A stretch of DNA of 64,000 nucleotides from a virus: the IMG/VR virus record IMGVR_UViG_645058813_000003, positions 7,834 through 71,833 of that record; one strand, 5' to 3'. Below are positions 37,134 through 47,256 of this stretch, one piece after another (the stretch's first letter is position 1; every line of letters begins with the position of its first letter). Both the position numbers and the translations under genes were made by a program. A model generated the notes under the pieces. That model worked only from the letters and a program-made list of their open reading frames with translations. It was not told the origin of the DNA and ran no database searches.

Positions 37134-38705
37134 ATGACAATAAAATTTTTAATAATAGTAGTATTTGTAATAGTAGGAGGAATAATGTATTTAAATTTAG
37201 AACAAGACAAAGCTAATGATGTAGAAAAAAAAGAAGACAAAGTTTACATAGAAGATAAAAAAGTGACAAACAAAACTATGATGCAATATTTTGAATGGTA
37301 TTATCCTAATGATGGTTCTCTTTGGAACAAAGTAAAAGAACGTTCGAAGGAATTAAGTAAAAAAGGGATTACTGCATTGTGGCTTCCACCCGCTTATAAA
37401 GGGGTAGGCGGTATTAATGATGTTGGATATGGTGCTTATGATTTGTATGATTTAGGAGAATTTGATCAAAAAGGAACCATAAGGACTAAATATGGTACCA
37501 AAGAAGAATATTTGGATGCTATAAATGAGGCACATAATAATAATATAGAAGTATATGCAGATGTTGTATTAAATCATAAAGCAGGTGCGGATGAAAGTGA
37601 ATGTGTAAAAGCACAATTAGTAGATAGTAATAACAGAAATAATATTATAGGAGAAGAAAAAGAAATAAGGTCATTTACTGTATTTAATTTTAAGGGAAGA
37701 AATGAGAAGTATTCATCTTATAAGTGGAATGCAAAAGATTTTGATGGTGTGGATTTTGATGATTTAACAAAACAAAATGGAATATTTAAATTTGTAGGTA
37801 AAGAATGGGAAAAAGATGTAGACGATGAAAATGGGAATTTTGATTTTTTAATGTGTGCAGATTTAGATATAGATAGTAGAGATGTTGTAGAAGAACTTAA
37901 AACGTGGGGAAATTGGTATATAAATGAATGTAAATTAGATGGTTTTAGATTAGATGCAATAAAACATATAAAATTTGATTTTTTTACAGAATGGTTAAAT
38001 GATATTAGAAGTAAAAAAAGTGACAATGTATTTGTTGTTGGTGAATATTGGTCTGGAGATATAAATAAATTAAAATATTATATTAGTAAATCACAAAATG
38101 TTATGTCGTTATTTGATGTACCACTTCATTATAGATTTTTTGAAGCAAGTAATTTAGAAGAAAACTTTGATATGAGAACATTAACTCAAAATACTTTATT
38201 AGAATACGATGAAAAAATTTCAGTAACTTTTGTTGATAATCATGACACTGAACCAGGTCAGGCTCTTGAATCTTGGGTTAAGCCATGGTTTAAATTAATA
38301 GCATACACATTTATATTAACAAGGCAAGAAGGATATCCATGTATATTTTACGGAGATTATTATGGAATTCCTGAAAAGGGATTTGAGGGTTTTAAGAATC
38401 AGTTGGATGTGATTTTAAATGTAAGAAAAAATTATGCTTATGGTGATCAATGTGATTATTTTGATGATAAAAATATAATTGGGTGGACTAGACAAGGTGA
38501 TTTAATGCACGATAATTCAGGTGTTGCGGTATTAATAAGTAATGGTAATAATGGCAGTAAAAAGATGTCTATGGGGAGCAAAAATATAAGTACTACTTTT
38601 ATAGATATAACAGGAAATATACAAGAAGAAATACTAATAGACAATGAGGGCAATGGAATTTTTAAAGTAAATAATAAATCATATTCAATATGGATAAAAA
38701 AATAA
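37134..38705 (+). CDS. Alpha-amylase (GH13, liquefying-amylase type) with N-terminal hydrophobic leader
   Basis: MMQYFEWY, DVVLNH, GFRLDAIKH, VGEYW, FVDNHD conserved regions. Confidence 0.95.
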   Translation: MTIKFLIIVVFVIVGGIMYLNLEQDKANDVEKKEDKVYIEDKKVTNKTMMQYFEWYYPNDGSLWNKVKERSKELSKKGITALWLPPAYKGVGGINDVGYGAYDLYDLGEFDQKGTIRTKYGTKEEYLDAINEAHNNNIEVYADVVLNHKAGADESECVKAQLVDSNNRNNIIGEEKEIRSFTVFNFKGRNEKYSSYKWNAKDFDGVDFDDLTKQNGIFKFVGKEWEKDVDDENGNFDFLMCADLDIDSRDVVEELKTWGNWYINECKLDGFRLDAIKHIKFDFFTEWLNDIRSKKSDNVFVVGEYWSGDINKLKYYISKSQNVMSLFDVPLHYRFFEASNLEENFDMRTLTQNTLLEYDEKISVTFVDNHDTEPGQALESWVKPWFKLIAYTFILTRQEGYPCIFYGDYYGIPEKGFEGFKNQLDVILNVRKNYAYGDQCDYFDDKNIIGWTRQGDLMHDNSGVAVLISNGNNGSKKMSMGSKNISTTFIDITGNIQEEILIDNEGNGIFKVNNKSYSIWIKK

Positions 38706-38716
38706 TAAAAAAATTT

Positions 38717-38747
38717 TAGATGACTTAATACGAGTCATCTATTTTTT
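38717..38747 (+). terminator. Rho-independent terminator
   Basis: TAGATGACT-taatacg-AGTCATCTA-TTTTTT. Confidence 0.8.
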
Positions 38748-38905
38748 ATGTAATTAAAAAGTTTATAAAGCAAGTGTTTATCACATTCTTAAAGAATTTA
38801 TAAAAGAAATTCTAATATTTTAATTAACATATATTTTGTTAAGTATTAAGAATAATATGGAAATATTAAACATAGTATAAAGTAGAGTAACTCAAGGAGG
38901 AATAA

Positions 38906-39538
38906 GTGGTGAATTATATGGTGAATAAGCTTGGTCAAACCTTTAAAGATAAAAAAGTATATTTTTTCATGGTATTAATAATGTTTTGCATCGGAATATC
39001 TTTTGGACTTTATGTAGTAAAGTACATGAGCGAATCTAACAGAAATGATTTGTTAAGTTATTTTTCAAGTTTTACATCTTCGATAGGGGACATGCCTATT
39101 AATTATGAAAATTTGTTGATTAATGTTATAAAAAAGAATATGTTGCTAATTATACCTATATTCATGTTTGGTTTTACTTTTTTTGGAATGCCGTTCATAT
39201 TAGTTTTAGATATGTTTAAAGGGTTTACGTTAGGATATACGTTTTCATTTATACTAACAACATTTCAGGGCAAAGGTATTGGACTAGCATTAGTATCTGT
39301 AATTCCTCAAAATTTAATTTATATTCCTTGTTTTATAGCATTAAGTGTTATAGCATTAGCTATGTCAACTCAAAAATTTAAAAGTAAGTTTTTTAAAAGA
39401 GCAAATTTCAATGATCCATTTTTTAATTCTTTAGGAAATAAGTTGATTGTAATTTTGGGATTCTTTGTATTTGCAGCGATTATAGAAACTTATGTGTCAC
39501 CTAATTTTATAAAATTTGTGGTTACTAAATTTTATTAG
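38906..39538 (+). CDS. spoIIM: Stage II sporulation protein M
   Basis: Multi-TM; KGFTLGYT...VIPQNLIYIP...IETYVSP; upstream of xerD. Confidence 0.9.
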   Translation: MVNYMVNKLGQTFKDKKVYFFMVLIMFCIGISFGLYVVKYMSESNRNDLLSYFSSFTSSIGDMPINYENLLINVIKKNMLLIIPIFMFGFTFFGMPFILVLDMFKGFTLGYTFSFILTTFQGKGIGLALVSVIPQNLIYIPCFIALSVIALAMSTQKFKSKFFKRANFNDPFFNSLGNKLIVILGFFVFAAIIETYVSPNFIKFVVTKFY

Positions 39539-39658
39539 TTTTATAATTTAAAAAACATATATAGAAATTTATAAACTTAAGATATAAATTTTAATTAAAG
39601 AGGAAAAATGATGATTTTGTCAAATATTAATTCATAATCAATGGTATAGGAGAGAGTA

Positions 39659-40537
39659 ATGGTAGATAGTATAAATAACTATAAAGAATATTTATTTGAT
39701 AGTGGAAAAAGTGAAAATACTATATATGCTTATGTAACAGATGTGACATTATATCTTAAGTTTTTGGATAAAAAAGGTATAGATATATATAAGAGTGATA
39801 AATTAACAGTTATGGCATATATTCAATACTTATTAGAGTCAGGAAAATCGGAAAGATCTATAAATAGAATAGTTATAAGTCTTAGGAGTTTTTACTCTTA
39901 TTTAAAAAGTCAGTCATTAATAAATGAGGTACCAAAGATAGAGTATAAAAGTTCCAAAAATAATAGAAAGTTACCACAAATTTTAACAGTAGATGAAGTA
40001 GATAAAATAATTAGAACAGTAGAAAAAGATTGTCCAAAAGGAATTAGAGATAATGCATTACTAGAACTTATGTATGCTACAGGGATGAAGGTATCTGAAC
40101 TAATATCCTTGAATGTAGATGATATTAACTTGGAATTACATTTTGTAAGATGTACTGATAGTAGAAATTTTGAAAGATTAATACCTATAGGTAGAAGTGC
40201 ATGTAAAGCGTTAAATGAATACCTTAGCATAAGATATAAAATAGCTGAATGTGGAGTGCCTAACCTATTTGTTAATTTAAATGGAAATAAATTAACAAGA
40301 CAAGGAATTTGGAGAATAGTAAAAGAGTATTCTAAAAGGGCTCATATAGACAAGGATGTAAATTTAAATACATTTAGACATTCTTTTGCAGTACATTTAC
40401 TTCAAAATGGTGCAAATGTAAGAGCTGTACAAAAGTTACTTGGAAATCAAGTATTAACATATATGGACACTTATTATGAAATCATTAATAATGATAAAAT
40501 TAATTTTATATATATGAATACACATCCAAGAGCTTGA
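39659..40537 (+). CDS. xerD: XerD-like tyrosine recombinase with degenerate active site
   Basis: SENTI.AY..D, RDNALLELMYATG, RHSFA, HPRA end; spoIIM-xerD synteny. Confidence 0.85.
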   Translation: MVDSINNYKEYLFDSGKSENTIYAYVTDVTLYLKFLDKKGIDIYKSDKLTVMAYIQYLLESGKSERSINRIVISLRSFYSYLKSQSLINEVPKIEYKSSKNNRKLPQILTVDEVDKIIRTVEKDCPKGIRDNALLELMYATGMKVSELISLNVDDINLELHFVRCTDSRNFERLIPIGRSACKALNEYLSIRYKIAECGVPNLFVNLNGNKLTRQGIWRIVKEYSKRAHIDKDVNLNTFRHSFAVHLLQNGANVRAVQKLLGNQVLTYMDTYYEIINNDKINFIYMNTHPRA

Positions 40538-40592
40538 TTTCATGCGGGTTTACAACAAATGTATAAAAATGAAAAAGAGGGTATTTAGGCTA

Positions 40593-40635
40593 TTTGCCAC
40601 CCATTTGCCACCGGAAGAATCAACTCGGTGGCAAA
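40593..40635. repeat. Integrase arm-type-like sites at attL
   Basis: TTTGCCACC at 40593 and 40604 (direct), GGTGGCAAA at 40627 (inverted). Confidence 0.65.
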
Positions 40636-40655
40636 ATTAACAATAAAAAATCACC

Positions 40656-41807
40656 TTATTTAGGTGATTTTTTATTGTTAATCATATTCTCTAAAATATT
40701 TACAGTATCATTTTTCATTTTATTTGTAACATGAGAATATATATTCATAGTTGTAGATAAACTTGAATGACCTAATCTATCTTGAATATCTTTAATATTA
40801 GCTCCACCTTCTAGAAGCATTGTTGCATGGGTGTGCCTTAATGAATGAAAATTAAATTCTATTTGTAATTCCATGTTAACAATTTTAGAAAGGTATCTTA
40901 AAGAAGTCATGGTTACAAAAGAACCATTTTCTTTTGTGCATACAAAATTGTTATCATTATAATATTCTCCATATTCTTGTTTATTTTGTTCTTGCCATTT
41001 CTTATGTGCCTTAAGAATATTAATTAATGTATCTCCAATGCTTATTGTTCTAATAGATTTCTTAGTCTTAGGAGTACTAAATTCATAGCCTTGCTTAGTT
41101 TTAAATATTAGTATCTTTTCAACTTTTATAGTTTTATTTTCAAAATCTACACAATCCCAAGTTAGCCCACATACTTCACCGACACGCATACCAGTATTGA
41201 AAGCTATTTGTAAAGGAATATAAAAGCTAGTCCCACAAGGGAAGCGTTCAGTTATTTTATTGAAATTTTCTATAGATATGACAATGTTCTTTTTAGAAAT
41301 GTTATCAAATCTAGGAATAGTTAAATATTGAGCAGGATTAACTTTTATTAAATCATAAGGAAAAACTGCCATTTCTAATGAATGTGTAATAATACTTCTT
41401 AATCTAGCTAAAGTGTTTTTAGAATATCCATGTGCATATTGTTTATTTAAAAACTCTTGTAATCCAGCATAATTTAGTTGCTTTAATTTATATATGCCTA
41501 AATTAGGTTTTAAATTTATATTTATAAAAGTTTTATAAGTTTGTTGTGTATTGTATTTACAATTTTTCATAACATATTCATTAAACCAATAATCTAAATA
41601 ATCTGAAAAGGACATATTGGTTTCTTGAACACAAGAACCTGTACTACTTAATTCATTTAATGCTGATCTTAAGGCAGCTAAAGCTTCTTTTTTAGTATTG
41701 CCACCCTTACGCTCTATTTTATTTCTTTTTCCATTTATTTTTCCGGCTTCAAAGTAGTAATACCATGAACTACCACGTTTTCTTACTCCACCTTCCATTG
41801 TATTCAT
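40656..41807 (-). CDS. int: Phage tyrosine integrase
   Basis: N-terminal arm-binding GVRKRG..WYY; [24 protein letters not shown]. Confidence 0.95.
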   Translation of the reverse strand: MNTMEGGVRKRGSSWYYYFEAGKINGKRNKIERKGGNTKKEALAALRSALNELSSTGSCVQETNMSFSDYLDYWFNEYVMKNCKYNTQQTYKTFININLKPNLGIYKLKQLNYAGLQEFLNKQYAHGYSKNTLARLRSIITHSLEMAVFPYDLIKVNPAQYLTIPRFDNISKKNIVISIENFNKITERFPCGTSFYIPLQIAFNTGMRVGEVCGLTWDCVDFENKTIKVEKILIFKTKQGYEFSTPKTKKSIRTISIGDTLINILKAHKKWQEQNKQEYGEYYNDNNFVCTKENGSFVTMTSLRYLSKIVNMELQIEFNFHSLRHTHATMLLEGGANIKDIQDRLGHSSLSTTMNIYSHVTNKMKNDTVNILENMINNKKSPK

Positions 41808-41901
41808 CTCCTTTATTAGTCTATATTGATTGTAGATTTATTAAATAATTAAGTTAATTGAGTTATGCTAAATATATTCAATAAAATAATTATTTAAAGT
41901 A

Positions 41902-42399
41902 CTAAATAACACAAGAATTATAGGGGATTTCTCTTTGCATGAAATTACTCCTAATAGTTTTATATTTAGGTTCGTCTAATATGATTGAATAGATTTTATA
42001 TATGATAATTTCTTCAGTAACATTGAAGTAGTCAGCCATTTCTGGAATTGATGATATACAACGATTTAGAGCTTGTACAAAATCGTCATCTTTTATTAAA
42101 AAATTAGCAGCCCATAATCTAGCTTTTAATTCTTTTTTATTTTTAATAAGTTTATTAGAATAAGAACATGATTCTTTAGTTAGGTTACCAAAAGTAGTAA
42201 AATGATGTCCTAGCTCCTCAGAAAGGACAGAGATATATTTGCTAGTGTTATTAACTATTGATTTGTTTATGCCGATTGTAGGGGGAAGATGGGGGATTTT
42301 AATATATATTCCATCTAATTCAGTAGATATTAAATTCATTTCTTCAAGAATGATATTTTCTCTTTCAATAATGTTAAAAATATTAATTATGTTTTCCAA
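41902..42399 (-). CDS. ImmA/IrrE family metallopeptidase (anti-repressor)
   Basis: LDGIY...VLSEELGHHFT...ELKARLWAA; adjacent to integrase. Confidence 0.85.
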   Translation of the reverse strand: MENIINIFNIIERENIILEEMNLISTELDGIYIKIPHLPPTIGINKSIVNNTSKYISVLSEELGHHFTTFGNLTKESCSYSNKLIKNKKELKARLWAANFLIKDDDFVQALNRCISSIPEMADYFNVTEEIIIYKIYSIILDEPKYKTIRSNFMQREIPYNSCVI

Positions 42400-42446
42400 T
42401 TATGTCACCACCATGTAATTTATGGTATTATTATAGCATAAAACAA

Positions 42447-42458
42447 GAACGTATGTTC
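42447..42458. promoter_or_regulatory. LexA/DinR-like box upstream of immA
   Basis: Perfect GAAC-GTAT-GTTC about 50 bp before the immA start. Confidence 0.6.
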
Positions 42459-42583
42459 TTTAAATTATAATAAAAAAAGTGTTCCTTACGAACAGCTTTA
42501 GTGTATTTTATCTTCATAAAAGGTATGTTTTGTAGTAAAATGTAAATATAACCAAGAAAAACTCATGTGACTGAAAATCATTC

Positions 42584-43570
42584 ATGAGCTTTTTGCATAA
42601 TAGAGTCCAACAATATAGCTCTATTATAGCATATTATTGGTTTAATATGAATAAAATAATGGAGGATAAAATGGCGAAGAAAAAATTTACTATTAACTAC
42701 CTCTATCCTGTATTAAAGGTAGACGCAGAAATAAAGTTATTAGATTTAAAGGATGTATTAAGGGGACTTAAAGAATTAAAGCCAGAAGAGAGGATATTAC
42801 CACAAAGAGAAGGAAATATTCAATTAAAAAAGATAGAATACTGTGATAGCATAAAAAGATGGCATTTGGGCTTTCTGAGAAATGGTACTGATGCACCATT
42901 TAAAAGCAAATTAGATGATAATACAGAATCAGCAGAACCACTTGAAGATGATGAATTTGTAGGACAAGAGTGTTGTATGATATATGATGAAGTTAGCGGA
43001 ATAATTGCTTTACAAAATAATATTAGAAGTATTTCAGTTACTGGATTAAATCAATTTTTTAGAAATTTTATGAATAATGTAATGTATTTATCAGTTATTA
43101 CATATAAAGAGAAATATTGTGATATATCAGATGATGAGCTTATAAATTATAAAAGTCTTATTATTGGATTTACTGATGTTAGTAAATTACAAGAAATTGC
43201 CGATTCAGAAGATGAAAAATCAATAAAAGATTTAGCTAAACTTGCCAGTGATATGAGTGCTATAAATGGGAAATTAGAATTAAATGTTGGTAGAACAAAA
43301 CAGTATTTAGGTAAATTTTCACTAAAGAATATAGTGCATTTTTTTAAATGTAATAGAGAAGTAACAAAAGGTTTAAAAGTAAAAATGGTTGACAATGATG
43401 TCATAAGAATGATAGATTTATTAAATAATAAAGTTACAGATAATGCAGAAATAGCAGTAACAAAGACTGATCCTAAAACTTTTGATAAAATTTTATATTC
43501 TATGAATTCTAATTTTGATGTTGCATTAGAAGAGGTATTTGATAAATGTAATTTATATAAAAATTCTTAA
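42584..43570 (+). CDS. Accessory protein resembling DUF6731/DUF4747-type families (likely start 42671)
   Basis: LEDDEFVGQE..MIYD...IIALQNN pattern as recalled; oriented against the immunity region. Confidence 0.55.
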   Translation: MSFLHNRVQQYSSIIAYYWFNMNKIMEDKMAKKKFTINYLYPVLKVDAEIKLLDLKDVLRGLKELKPEERILPQREGNIQLKKIEYCDSIKRWHLGFLRNGTDAPFKSKLDDNTESAEPLEDDEFVGQECCMIYDEVSGIIALQNNIRSISVTGLNQFFRNFMNNVMYLSVITYKEKYCDISDDELINYKSLIIGFTDVSKLQEIADSEDEKSIKDLAKLASDMSAINGKLELNVGRTKQYLGKFSLKNIVHFFKCNREVTKGLKVKMVDNDVIRMIDLLNNKVTDNAEIAVTKTDPKTFDKILYSMNSNFDVALEEVFDKCNLYKNS

Positions 43571-44135
43571 TTTTGAAAGGGGTAATATTATGAAGAAGTT
43601 TTTTAAATATAATATAATGTACATTATTTTTATAAGCATTGTAATATTACTCTTAAAGGAATTTGGAGTATTAAATAATGTAATTGAATATATGTTATTT
43701 GAAAGTAAAGGGATTTATTTCAAAGATTTACTTTCTATTGGAATAACAATATTAGCAATTGTAATAGGAGCAATAATAACAGCTGCTACAGTATTAATGT
43801 CTATGTGTAATGCAAGATTAATGAAATTAATCAATAAATATGGAAAATCTAAATATATAGTTAAAATTGTAAAAGAATCAATAATTACAGGAATAATAGC
43901 CGTATGTTTATATGCAATAATCTATTCTAATTTAGATTTTTCAATTCTATGGTTAAGATTGATTATATTATACTGTGCAAATTTATCGTTAATAATATTT
44001 TCAATAAAAAGCAAATTATTAATAGAGTTGGTAATAAAGTTATTAAGTGATTCTTTTACAGAGAATGAATCATTAGTAGTAGAATCTAAATTTGTAAATC
44101 CAAAGCTTAAAGAAAAATATAGTGATAAAAAATGA
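43539..44135 (+). CDS. Four-TM membrane protein (likely start 43590)
   Basis: Four hydrophobic segments; co-transcribed with the upstream gene. Confidence 0.75.
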   Translation: MINVIYIKILNFERGNIMKKFFKYNIMYIIFISIVILLLKEFGVLNNVIEYMLFESKGIYFKDLLSIGITILAIVIGAIITAATVLMSMCNARLMKLINKYGKSKYIVKIVKESIITGIIAVCLYAIIYSNLDFSILWLRLIILYCANLSLIIFSIKSKLLIELVIKLLSDSFTENESLVVESKFVNPKLKEKYSDKK

Positions 44136-44154
44136 GGTGTTCTTTGTGAACACC
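44136..44154. repeat. GGTGTTC-N5-GAACACC element
   Basis: GGTGTTC-tttgt-GAACACC between convergent genes. Confidence 0.8.
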
Positions 44155-44982
44155 TTATTTTTTATGAAGTGATTCTAAATATTTAAAATTCACATAAAAA
44201 TTTATAAAAATACATATTATAAAAATAATAATTATAAATATTTTAATAATGTAATATTGACAAATGTGAATAAAATAGGCTGAAGCAAATGGAGAAAGAA
44301 AAAATAAAATAAATAGATACAATTTTTTGTATAATTTTTTAAAAAGCAATTCAATTGATATTGGAAGTAAAAATAACCAAAGCATACATCCCAATATAAG
44401 TATAGTCAATATTATGGAATTTTGAGGAGTTAAACTATAAATATAGATAATTAATTCTAAAGTGCTAGCTGATATAGTTAAAATAATTAATGAATATAAA
44501 AAAGCATTATAATATGTATTAAAATTATTTTTATTAGCTGTATCCCAAAAATCAAATATACATAATTTATAATTTTTATTAATTGTTTGATGTAATTGTT
44601 TATCTTTTAATATGCTTATTTTGCCTTTTAACTCTTTAGATAAATTTATAAGTAAAGTTGATTTTTCCTCTGAACTAATAATATAACTAGAAGAAAATTT
44701 ATCTATAACATCTATAATATTCTTATCCAAATATTTATATGAGGAATATAAAGTATCTAATAACTCACCTTGGCTTATAGAGTCGTTTAAAAAGAAATAA
44801 ATTGATTTCAAAGATTTAGCGTGATATTCGATTGATTGATCTATAAAAGTTAGATCAGATTTTTTTATTTCCAATAGAGATTTCTTCATATCCTTAAATA
44901 GCCAAATAAATATAAATATTAAGGATAAAATAATAAGAGTTATATAATCACCACTATTTAATAAGTCTAATAAATCTTTCAT
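44155..44982 (-). CDS. Multi-pass membrane protein
   Basis: N-terminal TM, soluble middle, about four C-terminal TM segments. Confidence 0.75.
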   Translation of the reverse strand: MKDLLDLLNSGDYITLIILSLIFIFIWLFKDMKKSLLEIKKSDLTFIDQSIEYHAKSLKSIYFFLNDSISQGELLDTLYSSYKYLDKNIIDVIDKFSSSYIISSEEKSTLLINLSKELKGKISILKDKQLHQTINKNYKLCIFDFWDTANKNNFNTYYNAFLYSLIILTISASTLELIIYIYSLTPQNSIILTILILGCMLWLFLLPISIELLFKKLYKKLYLFILFFLSPFASAYFIHICQYYIIKIFIIIIFIICIFINFYVNFKYLESLHKK

Positions 44983-45052
44983 TTTTAGTTACTCCCATAT
45001 ATATAAATTATTGTACTTTAATTACTAGCAGAATGAACATATTAAAAATATA

Positions 45053-45071
45053 GGTGTTCTTCACGAACACC
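45053..45071. repeat. GGTGTTC-N5-GAACACC element
   Basis: TTAAAAATATA-GGTGTTC-ttcac-GAACACC. Confidence 0.85.
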
Positions 45072-45124
45072 ATTTATTTATTTTTTAGAATCAGTTAATC
45101 ACATTAGCTAGTCTAATTAAACTT

Positions 45125-46675
45125 TTATGCAATTTTATTTTCTTCATTTAAGCTTAATGTTTGTCTATATTGTTCAGCTAACATAGTTTTATTAAATTCA
45201 GCTGATGGGTCTATTTCTTCAACAATTTTTTCAAGTTCATTTATATCAACTCTAAAGAATTCTTTTCTAAGGTTAATTTTATTCACTCTATTATCATCTA
45301 AAATAGTGTGTAATTTTTGTTCTAATGCCACTGCATCATCGGAGAAAATAAAACTATGTACATCAAATGAAAATGGAACAGAAGCACTACCTAATTCAGC
45401 AATTCTATCCATCGGATCAAGTCTTCTTGTCATACCAACCTTAAATACATCATCACCAAAAGAACCTAGATTACTAATTACATATACGTAACCAGCTTTA
45501 CCATTTTGTCTACTCACAATTTCTTCTTTTTTATGTTCAACAGAGTCTAATTGACCTTGTAATTCTGCAATTCTCATTTGAAGTTGTTTTAATTTTTCTT
45601 CATCTTCTGAGTTAGCAGCTAATTGTTCTTGAACCTTTTCAATTTCTAATTTATATTTTTCTTCTTCTTTTTCGACTTGCTTTTGTTGTTGTTGAAGTAA
45701 TTTTCTTTCTTCAGCTTCTTGCTTCATTTGTTCTCTAAGTAATGCTTGTTCTTCTTTTTGCTTTTCCTTTTTAATATAGTACTCATATTCAATCTCAGCA
45801 GCTTTTATAAATAAGTATTCAATTTCATTAATAAATTTAGCAATTGTTCCAAAGATTTGTTTATTTCCATCTTCTGCAATAGTTAAATACTTTATAGAAA
45901 TACTTTTTATATCATCTATTGTTTTTTCTAATTTATCAAATTTTAAGTTATATAACATATTTTGTTGTTCAGCTCTTAAAGCAATTACCATTAATCTATA
46001 AACTGCTAGATTTGCTTTTGTAGTGTAACGTTTCTCATATTTAGCTAATGTTTCAGTGATAAGTTTATCATTATTTTTGAAAGCTTTTCTTAATTCTTTA
46101 ACATCCATATTATGTAGCTTTAGATTTATAGTTGGAGATAATTCACCTAAATATTCTTTTGCTGAGCCTGTTAATTGTATTAATGATAAATTATCATTAA
46201 ATATATCAATTTCAGCATATTTATTGCTTGTATATTCTATGGCTGAATATAAAGATTTTATTTTTGATAACTTATTTTTTTCTCTATCGACTTTTTTTAC
46301 TAAATTTTCATATTGATTAGTAAGTTTGTCCACTTCCTCAGTATATTTAATTTTTTCTTGAATTTTATTATCAATAGATGCAAGAATGTTTTCAGCTTCA
46401 GTAGTAGCAGCATCTACTATTGCCTTAGCTTTAATTTGGCCTATAAATTTCAACTTATTGATAGAAACATATTCATTATCTAAATTAAATTTTATAGTTT
46501 CTAATTCATCTTCAGTACTTTGTATTGCTTTTGTATAATTTGAAATTTCCTTTTTTAGTGTGTTAGATAGCAAATAGATTATAATAGCACTAATAAATCC
46601 TAAATAAGGAATAAATGCTGAAATTATAGCCACTATTAATGCTAAATTTAATTTTGATGAAAGTTTTTTGTTCAT
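45125..46675 (-). CDS. DUF4041 plus T5orf172/MUG113 (GIY-YIG-like) domain protein with N-terminal TM
   Basis: GYVYVISNLGSFGDDVFKVGMTRRLDPMDRIAELGSASVPFSFDVH. Confidence 0.9.
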   Translation of the reverse strand: MNKKLSSKLNLALIVAIISAFIPYLGFISAIIIYLLSNTLKKEISNYTKAIQSTEDELETIKFNLDNEYVSINKLKFIGQIKAKAIVDAATTEAENILASIDNKIQEKIKYTEEVDKLTNQYENLVKKVDREKNKLSKIKSLYSAIEYTSNKYAEIDIFNDNLSLIQLTGSAKEYLGELSPTINLKLHNMDVKELRKAFKNNDKLITETLAKYEKRYTTKANLAVYRLMVIALRAEQQNMLYNLKFDKLEKTIDDIKSISIKYLTIAEDGNKQIFGTIAKFINEIEYLFIKAAEIEYEYYIKKEKQKEEQALLREQMKQEAEERKLLQQQQKQVEKEEEKYKLEIEKVQEQLAANSEDEEKLKQLQMRIAELQGQLDSVEHKKEEIVSRQNGKAGYVYVISNLGSFGDDVFKVGMTRRLDPMDRIAELGSASVPFSFDVHSFIFSDDAVALEQKLHTILDDNRVNKINLRKEFFRVDINELEKIVEEIDPSAEFNKTMLAEQYRQTLSLNEENKIA

Positions 46676-46759
46676 TATTTAATAGTCTCCTTTATATGTT
46701 TAAAATTTATAATATATTCATATAATGATAAATTATTACATCATGTGGTTAAAAATATA

Positions 46760-46778
46760 GGTGTTCTTCACGAACACC
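46760..46778. repeat. GGTGTTC-N5-GAACACC element
   Basis: Within ~210-bp duplicated block also at ~47189-47410. Confidence 0.85.
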
Positions 46779-46780
46779 TT

Positions 46781-47122
46781 TTATTTTTTATATTTTTGTT
46801 TTACGTATTCAATAAAATTATTGATTTCTTTTCTAGCTTCATCTGGAAGATCATCATATTCAATATCACTATGTAAAGCAATGGTAATGTTTGAATCATC
46901 TGAATAATTTCTAGCATCAGTTAGTCCCATTAACCAGTCTAATGAAACATTATAGTCAAGTGCAATTCTTTTCTTTAATTCATCATCAGGGCGACTACTA
47001 CCAGATTCATATTGAGATACAGTAGATTTTTTTAGAGCATAGGGTTTTCCAAACTCCTCCTGAGTTAATTTGGATTCTAAACGTAAAGTTTTAATTCTAT
47101 TACCTAATATGTTTGTTTCCAT
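46781..47122 (-). CDS. XRE-family HTH repressor (second copy)
   Basis: RIKTLR...LTQEEFG...STVSQYESG; C-tail nearly identical to 47257-47604. Confidence 0.9.
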   Translation of the reverse strand: METNILGNRIKTLRLESKLTQEEFGKPYALKKSTVSQYESGSSRPDDELKKRIALDYNVSLDWLMGLTDARNYSDDSNITIALHSDIEYDDLPDEARKEINNFIEYVKQKYKK

Positions 47123-47235
47123 TGTGCACCTTCCATTAATAGTTCAACATAATTGTACCTTTTTTATAAATAAATAAAATATTTATAGTATATTCATATA
47201 ATGATAAATTATTACATTACATAGTTAAAAATATA

Positions 47236-47254
47236 GGTGTTCTTCATGAACACC
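47236..47254. repeat. GGTGTTC-N5-GAACACC element
   Basis: GGTGTTC-ttcat-GAACACC. Confidence 0.85.
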
Positions 47255-47256
47255 TT

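Noticed and set aside
31895-40594. TTTAGGCTATT shared by the two prophage junction regions (31895 and 40584)
   Set aside because: An 11-mer in very AT-rich DNA, and the second copy lies ~45 bp inside prophage 2. Cannot be distinguished from chance.
41902-42399. EELGH instead of HExxH in ImmA as inactivation
   Set aside because: The E-E-x-x-H variant is common among ImmA/IrrE-family phage proteins as I recall; not evidence of loss.
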